The position numbers and the translations under genes are program-made. Source: Escherichia phage TrudiRoth. Taken from it: 64,000 nt of DNA. The notes below the pieces were generated by a model. It ran no database searches. It was not told the origin of the DNA and saw only the letters and a list, made by a program, of their open reading frames with translations. Location: the sequence record MZ501109; one strand, given 5' to 3'. This document shows positions 53,830 through 62,208 of this stretch, piece by piece (the first letter of the stretch is position 1; each line of letters begins with the position of its first letter).

Positions 53830-54825
53830 TTATTCACTTTCGGTGTTAGTGGTAAAGGTAGAAATGTCAATACCTTTTACCATTTCGTCGATCATTTCAG
53901 CAATATTGAAACTCTGTACCATTTCCAACATTGCCGCTTCCATTGCCGCGCCTGCTACCGCTTTCGCTTTCTGATTAGTCGGGGCGTACTGGTCAACTGC
54001 TACGCTTAACAGGTTAGCGATCACTATACGACCAATCGGCGTATCGATATAACCTTTAATCATAAACGGCGCTTTTTTCGCCGCTACTTTCGTGATTTGA
54101 GTTAATGCAATTTTACCCGCTTCCAGTTTTGCAGCATTTACAACAGCGGATTTATTAGCAGCAACGATAGAAGATACTTTAGTCATGATATTTCCTTTAT
54201 TTTCAGTAGTTTGCGCATTTGCGCTTGAAGTTTGAGAGTTTACAGCCTGTTTTGCTACGTTGTCAACTGGTTTTAGTGTAAATCCAGCGTTTGCAACGTT
54301 TGATTCATTCCCATACTCTAAATAATCGTTAGGGATCAACATGTTACCGCTAGCGCGTTCAAAACACAATACGCCAGTTGTTTCGATTGCGTCACTATCC
54401 GCACGTTTAATGGCGCTTGTCAATTCGCCCCAAATGCTAGACAGTAAATCTTCTACATCTCTGGAATTAATACCATTTACGCGAGTAGCGAAAACCATTT
54501 CTTTTTCTTGTACATTGTAACCACGGGCAATATAGCTTTTTTCGTCGTGACCTACAATGATAAAATCAATATCGCTTCCCCGCTGATTTCGTATGATGTG
54601 ATAGTCACGGTTGTAAAGCACTAGAACGCGGCTAGGGTCTAGTAATAGCGTGAAATCATCGACTGAATAATGAGTATCATTATTATCTAAAATATCATCG
54701 TGAATCTTTTCAACCATTGCCACCGTATGTTGTAGGCTTGCTGGACTTGATCCGTCTAGCAGGTTGCGCAAAATACCCTTAATAATAGTGGCGTTTGCTG
54801 GTACTGCAATTCTTACAGTAGACAT
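53830..54825 (-). CDS. hypothetical protein
   Basis: 331 aa, first and largest gene of the - strand block; Ala/Val/Asn-rich central region. Confidence 0.55.
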   Translation of the reverse strand: MSTVRIAVPANATIIKGILRNLLDGSSPASLQHTVAMVEKIHDDILDNNDTHYSVDDFTLLLDPSRVLVLYNRDYHIIRNQRGSDIDFIIVGHDEKSYIARGYNVQEKEMVFATRVNGINSRDVEDLLSSIWGELTSAIKRADSDAIETTGVLCFERASGNMLIPNDYLEYGNESNVANAGFTLKPVDNVAKQAVNSQTSSANAQTTENKGNIMTKVSSIVAANKSAVVNAAKLEAGKIALTQITKVAAKKAPFMIKGYIDTPIGRIVIANLLSVAVDQYAPTNQKAKAVAGAAMEAAMLEMVQSFNIAEMIDEMVKGIDISTFTTNTESE

Positions 54826-55074
54826 TTCTTTGTCTCCCTCGTTAATCGGTGAGTGAATGATATAGATAATTGTTCGCTATGGGCAAGAAAAAAGAAAAGG
54901 TTTTTTATTCCTTGCCTAACGCTTGTTTTTATGATACCCGCGTGTTTTCTATTTCTAGCTCTCTGTAAGCGTACACAAGGCTTTATTATAATAAGGGTAG
55001 CAGTGAGAAAACGCCGTGTAGCGTGTTCTAGACCTCTTAAATTTGATTGCGGTTGTTACTGCTACCATTCTACC

Positions 55075-55092
55075 CTGTATATTTATACAGTA
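55075..55092. repeat. 18-bp near-palindrome CTGTATATTTATACAGTA, copy 2
   Basis: Identical to 51361-51378. Confidence 0.8.
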
Positions 55093-55112
55093 GGATAACC
55101 TGTATATAAGTC

Positions 55113-55170
55113 TGTGGATAAGTCGCCAAATCGTCGCCTATTACGTCAAGTTATTTTGTGCTGTGGATAA
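55113..55170 (-). promoter_or_regulatory. two consensus DnaA boxes in inverted orientation
   Basis: TGTGGATAA at 55113-55121 and 55162-55170; an 8/9 box AGTGGATAA at 55447-55455. Confidence 0.6.
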
Positions 55171-55831
55171 CTTTGGGGATAAGTTAAATGATAGTGGTTC
55201 TCACTTAGCCCGATAGTTTCTCATAGTTATTATTTCTCTTTAATTTATAAGTATATTATATAATATGAAATAGTTAGTTGGCTAATAGGTTTTTAGAGTA
55301 TTAATAGTCTGCTAATAATAACGCATGTTACAATCCACCAGCGTGATTATCATCCTAGCGACTATTAGCGTGCTAATGACCTGATACACGTCCAGACTTA
55401 TTTGTCAATGAAAAATAATAGCAGAAAATACTTTTTTGAAAAATCAAGTGGATAACTCATTAAATTTCATTTTTGCTTTTTGTATAAGTTATTAACAGGG
55501 TCTAAAACGCTCTGTAACGCATTCTAAGCGCCTCAAAGGAAAAGATAGGCAATCATAAGGAGTACACCGAGAAAACCTCACCACTAGCGAAATAAGTTTT
55601 GTCAAGTACCCCAAAGCAGATATAAATGAAAAAATTACTTGCTAAAATGGTTGTTTTGATGTTATTCGCGCGCCCGTTTCATTTAATTTTAGGCAGTCGC
55701 TGGACGTGGTGCGGTGGCGTTTGTCCTTACGTTTCTTTACAAAAATAAGGTTGCGCCCTTCTCGGTATTCTCCTATTATTTATCACGTAGGGCGGCAATG
55801 ACGAACTACACGGCGGAGAAGTTTACCACCG

Positions 55832-55870
55832 CGCTCTTTAAAAACTAGGGAACATCTTAAAGCCTATCGG
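55832..55870. repeat. left arm of a ~40-bp inverted repeat
   Basis: CGCTCTTTAAAAACTAGGGAACATCTTAAAGCCTATCGG; its reverse complement occurs at 56277-56315 with one mismatch. Confidence 0.85.
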
Positions 55871-55903
55871 CGGTAAACTTATATAATATAAGGAATCGAC
55901 GAT

Positions 55904-56062
55904 ATGACAACAATATTTAACGATCATCCAGCTACCCACGACACGATCGAAAAAATCGAACAATGGGTAAAGACTGCAAATGAATACTATGCTAATCATT
56001 CGGAAGCGGTAATAATCTGCAATGATGGGAATGGTTTATATGCTTTGGAGGATCTCAAATGA
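55904..56062 (+). CDS. small hypothetical protein
   Basis: 52-aa ORF translated by hand; RBS AAGGAA; stop overlaps the next start (ATGA). Confidence 0.35.
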   Translation: MTTIFNDHPATHDTIEKIEQWVKTANEYYANHSEAVIICNDGNGLYALEDLK

Positions 56063-56268
56063 AACAAACGCTTTTGATCACTGGCAAGCCTATCAAGTCA
56101 CTTGATAGCAGAACAAAAAATTTGTTGATAGTAGCGCAAAAATCGGTAAAATACCGATTCAAGCAGTACAAGAAAGGAAGGCAGCAAGGTCTGGAAATGG
56201 TGTGGCGTAATATAATGATTGATTTATATAACTCCCATCAAATCGAAAAAAGTTTAAAAAACGCTTGA
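56059..56268 (+). CDS. small basic protein
   Basis: 69-aa ORF coupled to the previous one; the pair is flanked by a ~40-bp inverted repeat. Confidence 0.4.
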   Translation: MKQTLLITGKPIKSLDSRTKNLLIVAQKSVKYRFKQYKKGRQQGLEMVWRNIMIDLYNSHQIEKSLKNA

Positions 56269-56276
56269 TACGCTAG

Positions 56277-56315
56277 CCGATAGGTTTTAAGATGTTCCCT
56301 AGTTTTTAAAGAGCG
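56277..56315. repeat. right arm of a ~40-bp inverted repeat
   Basis: CCGATAGGTTTTAAGATGTTCCCTAGTTTTTAAAGAGCG. Confidence 0.85.
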
Positions 56316-56499
56316 ATAACTTGATAAAATTTGACGGTCGGCACTTACCATAATGTGCCCCGCCCCCTAACTGGGATATAGCGGCCCGCGTGGAGTTCTT
56401 TAAATTTATTATACTGGCGAGCGGATTATAATCTAATAGCGTTTCAACGTATCGAGGCGCTATTGTGGAATAATCCCCCAATAAACCGGAGTATTAAAA

Positions 56500-56751
56500 A
56501 TGCAAAACGTTATTACCGCGCCGAAAGTAGGTCAATCTGTTTTCATTCCTTTTGTAACTAAAACGGATGAATTAACCGGAAAAGCCGAACGTATTAAAGG
56601 TGTGGCGCTTGATCCTTTCGATAAAATCGAAGCGGTATACGCGGAAACGGAACGGAGTAACAACGGCAAGCCAATTTATAACGTTCGCGTTAAATCCGGC
56701 GACGTTGTAAAGATCATTCAGAAAGATGATAAATGGCAAGCTATTAGCTAA
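56500..56751 (+). CDS. hypothetical protein
   Basis: 83-aa ORF with RBS; hairpin follows. Confidence 0.45.
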   Translation: MQNVITAPKVGQSVFIPFVTKTDELTGKAERIKGVALDPFDKIEAVYAETERSNNGKPIYNVRVKSGDVVKIIQKDDKWQAIS

Positions 56752-56850
56752 TTAGTGCTAACTTTATATTCCCCTGAAATATGGGGAATATATGGATTAA
56801 CATTAGTTAATCATAATCCCTTAATTAATAATTGAATGGAGTATTAAATT

Positions 56851-57267
56851 ATGTCTAACGTTAAAACCGAAAAAGCCGCAAAATTCGCATGGAATGAAGA
56901 AAACACTGAAAAAGCCGTTTCTATGTATTCTGAAATGGTCGCTAAAAGCGGAATTGAATTTGCTAACACTGACGGCTTAAAAGAAATCGCCGCCGCCGTT
57001 GGCGCGGCTTCTCCCGTGTCTGTTCGCTCAAAATTGACCAGCGCAAAAGCCTACCAGAAAAGCGATAAACCTCGCAAAGTTGGCGGTGGTAGCTCAATCC
57101 GTAAAGCTCACTATGTGCGCGTCATTGCTAAACATGCCATTGATAGCGGCATTGTAAAAGACGCCGACGATCTGGCAAGTCTGGAAAGCGCAAAATTGGA
57201 AACGCTGGACGCCGTAGCGCAATTGTTAGGCGTAGCGGAGGAAGTAAAACAGGCCGCAGGCGAATAA
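56851..57267 (+). CDS. pre-early protein, possible A2-like
   Basis: 138 aa immediately upstream of the A1-like gene; assignment is positional only. Confidence 0.4.
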   Translation: MSNVKTEKAAKFAWNEENTEKAVSMYSEMVAKSGIEFANTDGLKEIAAAVGAASPVSVRSKLTSAKAYQKSDKPRKVGGGSSIRKAHYVRVIAKHAIDSGIVKDADDLASLESAKLETLDAVAQLLGVAEEVKQAAGE

Positions 57268-57276
57268 ATTTAATCA

Positions 57277-57294
57277 GTGGGGAATAATCCCCAC
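57277..57294 (+). terminator. GUGGGGA-AUAA-UCCCCAC hairpin, member of a recurring motif
   Basis: 7-bp perfect stem 10 nt after the stop of ORF 56851..57267; related hairpin at 56768-56786. Confidence 0.45.
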
Positions 57295-57316
57295 TATCCC
57301 TTAAAGGAGAATAATT

Positions 57317-57541
57317 TTGATCTTTTATCCTAGCGAAGCGTTTATTTTGGGCTTATTTATAGTTGCCGCCGCTTTTATTCTGAATTATACGCGGTCAATT
57401 CTGGCAATAATCGGAATTAATAACGTTTACGCCGCAAATAATTTCCGCAAAAACGCGAATATTCAAAAATATATGTCAATCATCTTTCTTACAATTGGCA
57501 TTGTATTTGGCTTTTGTTCTAGTTTAACGCCGATTAATTAA
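57317..57541 (+). CDS. small membrane protein
   Basis: 74 aa with two hydrophobic segments. Confidence 0.35.
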   Translation: MIFYPSEAFILGLFIVAAAFILNYTRSILAIIGINNVYAANNFRKNANIQKYMSIIFLTIGIVFGFCSSLTPIN

Positions 57542-57653
57542 ATGTTGCAAATTATAACGCCTTTAAAAGTCCTCACTTCAGGCAAGGCGTTATATTTGGC
57601 AATATTGCCAGCTTTAAAATGTTTTAAATCCCTTTAATGGAGTTACTTAACTT

Positions 57654-59318
57654 ATGAATATTTCCGCAGAAAAACAGTCTCAGATCAATAAACTTGCCGC
57701 CGACTTTAATTTCTACGGTAAGCGTTTACGCGCTACCAAACTTGAAGTTTGCGACGATATTTCAAAAGCTGTATATGATACGCCGAAACATTCAACGGCA
57801 ATTTGTGACTGGTTGGAAGCAAATAAGCCAGCGAAACCGAAGGCAGCGAAAGCTGTAAAAGCCATTAAAAACGATGATCGCCCCGAAGCGGCGGGGATCG
57901 TTTCTAGCACGGTTGAGCAATGGGAAGTTAAATCCGGTCGCCGTTTTATTCTAACGTCGATTCAAAATAATACTTTCCCGCACAAAAACTTTTTGAAAGC
58001 GCTTGAGCAATACGCTAGTTATTATGGCGCTGAATTGCTTGTTAGCAAATTCATTTACAACAAAAACGGATTTCAGAATGGGGAAGGCGGCGAAAAAATC
58101 AAATATGATCCCGCATTTGATAAATATATTTGTGAGAAAAACGTATTTTTAAATAATCGCCGCTTTGCTTTCATGGCTGAAATTAACGTATTACCAACGG
58201 CAGATTATCCGCTTTCAGGATTCGCAGAAACTGCCACCGCTTTAAATATTGAAGGTCTGGCAATTGGTCACGCAAAAATTACCGCTGAAAGTGTGCCAGC
58301 GTTAAAAGGTGAAGTAGTGCGCCGTATGTACTCCACCGGAACGGCTACGCTTAAAAACTACATTCAGCAGAAAGCAGGTCAAAAAGCTGAGGCGCTGCAT
58401 AATTACGGCGCTTTGCTGGTAGAATTTGACGACGACGGCGAATTTTTTGTTCGCCAGCTTGAGACAATGGATGAAAGCGGGATGTTTTATGATTTGAATA
58501 TTTGCGCTATACCAACCGGATGTTTCAAAACATCTGATCATGTTTTAGGTTTGCAATATGGCGATATTCACGCCGAAAAATTAGATGATGATTGCGCTGT
58601 TGCATCATGGGTGGGCGAAAATAGCTTGCTTGATATTCTTAAACCAAAATATCAGTTTATCCATGATGTGCATGATTTTACATCGCGTAACCATCATAAT
58701 CGCGCCTCTGGTGTATTCCTAGCTAAACAGTACGCCGCCGGACGTGATAAAGTTATTGATGATCTTATCGATACTGGACGTGTATTAGAATCAATGGAGC
58801 GCGATTTTTCTCAAACAATCATCGTGGAATCCAATCATGATTTGGCGTTATCCCGTTGGCTTGACGATCGCAACGCTAATATTAAAGACGATCCCGCAAA
58901 CGCCGAACTGTATCACAGCCTAAACGCCGCTATTTATGCAGCTATTGCAAAACAAGATGATACCTTTAACGTATTGGATTACGCGCTTAGAAACGTTGCA
59001 GGTTGCGAATTTAACGCTATTTTTCTGACTACTGACCAATCTTTCAAGATTGCAGGAATTGAATGCGGCGTACACGGTCACAATGGCATTAACGGCAGTC
59101 GGGGCAATCCTAAGCAGTTTAAGAAACTTGGACGCCTCAACACTGGCCATACTCACACGGCGAGCATTTACGGTGGCGTGTATACCGCTGGCGTTGCTGG
59201 TAGTCTCGATATGGGTTACAACGTGGGCGCGTCAAGCTGGACGCAAACGCATTTAATTACCTATGCAAACGGGCAACGTACTTTGATTGATTTCAAAAAC
59301 GGTAAATTCTTTGCATAG
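57654..59318 (+). CDS. A1: A1-like pre-early protein (metallophosphoesterase fold)
   Basis: 554 aa with GDIH, SNHD and GHTH phosphoesterase motifs; size and position next to dmp match T5 A1 as I recall it. Confidence 0.7.
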   Translation: MNISAEKQSQINKLAADFNFYGKRLRATKLEVCDDISKAVYDTPKHSTAICDWLEANKPAKPKAAKAVKAIKNDDRPEAAGIVSSTVEQWEVKSGRRFILTSIQNNTFPHKNFLKALEQYASYYGAELLVSKFIYNKNGFQNGEGGEKIKYDPAFDKYICEKNVFLNNRRFAFMAEINVLPTADYPLSGFAETATALNIEGLAIGHAKITAESVPALKGEVVRRMYSTGTATLKNYIQQKAGQKAEALHNYGALLVEFDDDGEFFVRQLETMDESGMFYDLNICAIPTGCFKTSDHVLGLQYGDIHAEKLDDDCAVASWVGENSLLDILKPKYQFIHDVHDFTSRNHHNRASGVFLAKQYAAGRDKVIDDLIDTGRVLESMERDFSQTIIVESNHDLALSRWLDDRNANIKDDPANAELYHSLNAAIYAAIAKQDDTFNVLDYALRNVAGCEFNAIFLTTDQSFKIAGIECGVHGHNGINGSRGNPKQFKKLGRLNTGHTHTASIYGGVYTAGVAGSLDMGYNVGASSWTQTHLITYANGQRTLIDFKNGKFFA

Positions 59319-59370
59319 TTAAATTTAATCGGCGGTTGAAATATACCGCCATTAATAAAAGGTTTATTAA

Positions 59371-59628
59371 ATGAATATTGTATTACCTAAAACGCTGGAT
59401 AAAAAGCAGTATATAACGCCGGATGATATGGAGTGCGGCAAGGTATACCAATTCGATTATATGTTGGCTAGTCCGACAAATACAGGTTGTATTATTGCAG
59501 TTGATACCCGCGATAATGACGTATTAACGTTTAATGATTATTCTGACTTTATGGAATGGTTAGATGATCAAAGTATCACTAATAATGGCGAATTAACGCC
59601 CTATCAATTAACGCTCACAATTAAATAG
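59371..59628 (+). CDS. hypothetical protein
   Basis: 85-aa ORF. Confidence 0.4.
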   Translation: MNIVLPKTLDKKQYITPDDMECGKVYQFDYMLASPTNTGCIIAVDTRDNDVLTFNDYSDFMEWLDDQSITNNGELTPYQLTLTIK

Positions 59629-59666
59629 TTTAATCCCGTAAATATAAATAATCAGGAGTTATAAAC

Positions 59667-60059
59667 ATGAAACAACAAAATATTCCTTTTGACGCTGCAA
59701 AATCTTCCATCGTTCTAGTTTATTCTAATGGTGAACGTTATCACGTCGAGGCGGGGCAAGTTAATTTTGATTTGCTGAATTATAACGACGCTTTGCAGGT
59801 TACTACCTTTGCTTATGATACCGGCAAAGTGGCAAGCCATACGAAAGCAAAAGGCGTTTACGCTGATACTTTGACAGTGCAAACAATTATTATTGATGCG
59901 CTTAAATCCGGTCTAGCGTTTGCAGTTGTTAAGCCGTGTCCGGTCTGCAATCCAGAAGCTAGCGCGATGGTTTACATTTGCGCGGGAATCCGTTCTAGTG
60001 TATCCGGTGAAGATCTTAGCTTTATTGGTGACGCGCTAGCGTACGGCCTCACTAATTAA
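59667..60059 (+). CDS. hypothetical protein
   Basis: 130-aa ORF. Confidence 0.45.
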   Translation: MKQQNIPFDAAKSSIVLVYSNGERYHVEAGQVNFDLLNYNDALQVTTFAYDTGKVASHTKAKGVYADTLTVQTIIIDALKSGLAFAVVKPCPVCNPEASAMVYICAGIRSSVSGEDLSFIGDALAYGLTN

Positions 60060-60147
60060 TAGTTAATTGAACATTGCCAGCTAATCTAATATAATTAGCT
60101 GGCAAGATTGAATTAACCCTAAACCCCTTAAATGGAGAATGTAGCAA

Positions 60148-60882
60148 ATGAATCAAGTTAATATGAATATTACCCGCGCTTTCCCGCATATTTCCCGCGT
60201 TATGATTTGGGATTTAGACGGGACAATCATTAATTCAATGCACCGTGTAGCGCCTTGTTTTGATGATAACGGAAATTTAAATTTAAATAAGTATTCCCGC
60301 GAAGCCTGCAAACATGATTTAATTATGCAGGATTCTTTATTGCCGTTGGTTGAATATATGCGCCAATGTATGAATGATGCAAATACTTTAAATATTATTT
60401 GTACCGCGCGCCTTATGTCTAAAAGCGATTACTTTTATTTGCGTAAACAAGGCTTGCGAGGGCGCGGAAATAGCAATATCCGCGTATTCTCCCGCGATAC
60501 ATTACACAAATACTTTGAAGCGGATAAGGTTAGCGAAATATACCACAGCAAAGACGCTGTATACAAAAGCTATTACTTTGAACTATTTAAACAGCTATAT
60601 CCGAACGCTGATTTTACGATGATTGATGATCATAAAGGCGTATTATCGGCGGCGGCAAGTGCTGGATTTAAAACGTTGGATGCTCAAGCCGTTAACGATA
60701 TCCTATCAATCGGCGTAACATTGATCGGTGAAACCTTTATTGATGAATCGCTTGATGATGATAACGATTATCAATTCCTAGCCGAACGTTTAAAAATGTG
60801 TTGGGAAGGTATGACCGAGGAAGAACGCGCGGAATATAGTACCACTCCGCAACAATTCATTGATAAATTAAAAGTTGCCTAA
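60148..60882 (+). CDS. dmp: 5'-deoxynucleotidase (HAD family)
   Basis: HAD motif I WDLDGTI; 244 aa; terminator follows. Confidence 0.7.
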   Translation: MNQVNMNITRAFPHISRVMIWDLDGTIINSMHRVAPCFDDNGNLNLNKYSREACKHDLIMQDSLLPLVEYMRQCMNDANTLNIICTARLMSKSDYFYLRKQGLRGRGNSNIRVFSRDTLHKYFEADKVSEIYHSKDAVYKSYYFELFKQLYPNADFTMIDDHKGVLSAAASAGFKTLDAQAVNDILSIGVTLIGETFIDESLDDDNDYQFLAERLKMCWEGMTEEERAEYSTTPQQFIDKLKVA

Positions 60883-60897
60883 CAATTAAAAATAAAA

Positions 60898-60935
60898 TAG
60901 TCACACTGTGTAATGATAACATGGTGTGACTATTA
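60898..60935 (+). terminator. terminator-like hairpin after dmp
   Basis: 9-bp stem UAGUCACAC/GUGUGACUA followed by UUAGCUU. Confidence 0.55.
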
Positions 60936-61045
60936 GCTTGCTAAGTACCGGGGCGGTAATGAGACTCATTCTCATCTAGGGAACCTCTGGGCACACCTTC
61001 ATGTGTAATCTTATGAGATTTCGAGAATTGGTAATTAGCGCTAAC

Positions 61046-61291
61046 TTAGGAGGAACACCGGTCTACCGGCTTGTATCCTGATTCTGACATACGAAATCTC
61101 CTCCGCGATGCCCGAGATCCATCCGACCACTCTCGCTCAAACTCCTCCCGTTTCTCCGCAAACTTCCGCTCCCTTTCCGAAAGCTCCCGCGATACTCCCG
61201 CAATATATTCACGATGCTTATTAATCGCCCCGAGTGTTCCGAAGATTCCCGCAAGCACCCCGATAATGAAGATAGCCACAAAACTAAACAT
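61046..61291 (-). CDS. small membrane protein
   Basis: 81 aa with N-terminal TM segment then Arg/Glu-rich tail. Confidence 0.3.
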   Translation of the reverse strand: MFSFVAIFIIGVLAGIFGTLGAINKHREYIAGVSRELSERERKFAEKREEFEREWSDGSRASRRRFRMSESGYKPVDRCSS

Positions 61292-61394
61292 TACTTGTCT
61301 CCCCGCAGCTTACGTTCGATACGAGCTAAGTGGTTATCTAAGATGCACTGTCCGATAATTACCACAACTAGTAAAGCAATAATTACTACTTCCA

Positions 61395-61580
61395 TTATAA
61401 CCACCCCGCCATAGCTGCTAACCAAAAGAGTACAAAGATAAAGAATAACACAGTCCCGAATCCGAAACTATTTATCCAACTTTCGTACACTTCCCCGCGT
61501 CTGTTCTTTCTTCTGTTGTCGTCTGACATCTCTTTGCTTCTCCTGTAGTCTTGGTATTTGGAATACCCTAGCAATTGCAC
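61395..61580 (-). CDS. small membrane protein
   Basis: 61 aa with C-terminal TM segment. Confidence 0.3.
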   Translation of the reverse strand: MQLLGYSKYQDYRRSKEMSDDNRRKNRRGEVYESWINSFGFGTVLFFIFVLFWLAAMAGWL

Positions 61581-61858
61581 GAACCATTATGACTGTCCCG
61601 ATAAGATCCATTACTTCATCAAAGCCGGATTCTTCTAGTAAGAAGGATGTTCCCATCACGTCTTCTATTGTATCTTCTATGACGTCTTGAATGATTTCAT
61701 CAATTGCATCATGTATTGCTTTTTATTCCTGGGATTTATTTCAAAGTTAACAGGTTCCTGAAAGGACTTTTCTTCATCTTGCATTGTGTTTGCTACCTGT
61801 ACCTCATCCCAGAAATAAAAATTTTTGTTTACTTCGAGATCTTTTTACTTTATACTAA

Positions 61859-62125
61859 TTACAAGTGACCAGATTGTTCTAGTTTAAATTTGCAATCACC
61901 ATATTTGAGATCAAACTGTGACAAATCCCACCACCCAAACTTAGTGCGTAACTGAGTTTTAGGGAATCGGTAGCCCACAGTACGTGCTTCTCGAATATCT
62001 AAAGCGTAGTGTTCTTCACCAACATGACCATAAGACTTCACATATGCCTTACAAAATGGCTCGGGAGCTGGCACACAACCCGTCAACACTACTGCTGCAA
62101 CTACGATGGCTAGTAACTTTTTCAT
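61859..62125 (-). CDS. llp: Llp-like lipoprotein (receptor-blocking, superinfection exclusion)
   Basis: Signal peptide with lipobox LTGC; divergent from and adjacent to the receptor-binding-protein gene. Confidence 0.6.
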   Translation of the reverse strand: MKKLLAIVVAAVVLTGCVPAPEPFCKAYVKSYGHVGEEHYALDIREARTVGYRFPKTQLRTKFGWWDLSQFDLKYGDCKFKLEQSGHL

Positions 62126-62208
62126 AATCGTTCCTCTGTTTAATTTATAAATATATTATAGCAAAATAGAGGGATCTAAGCAAATACATTTTTAAAGAAG
62201 GAGATTGT

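Noticed and set aside
54853-55098. 81-aa + strand ORF
   Set aside because: Lies in the DnaA-box region between divergent gene blocks; Cys/Phe-rich low-complexity translation with no RBS.
61063-61659. Additional overlapping ORFs on both strands (61063-61281, 61071-61358, 61214-61414, 61468-61659)
   Set aside because: Mutually overlapping alternative frames of a G+C-rich segment; only the two with plausible membrane segments were kept, at low confidence.
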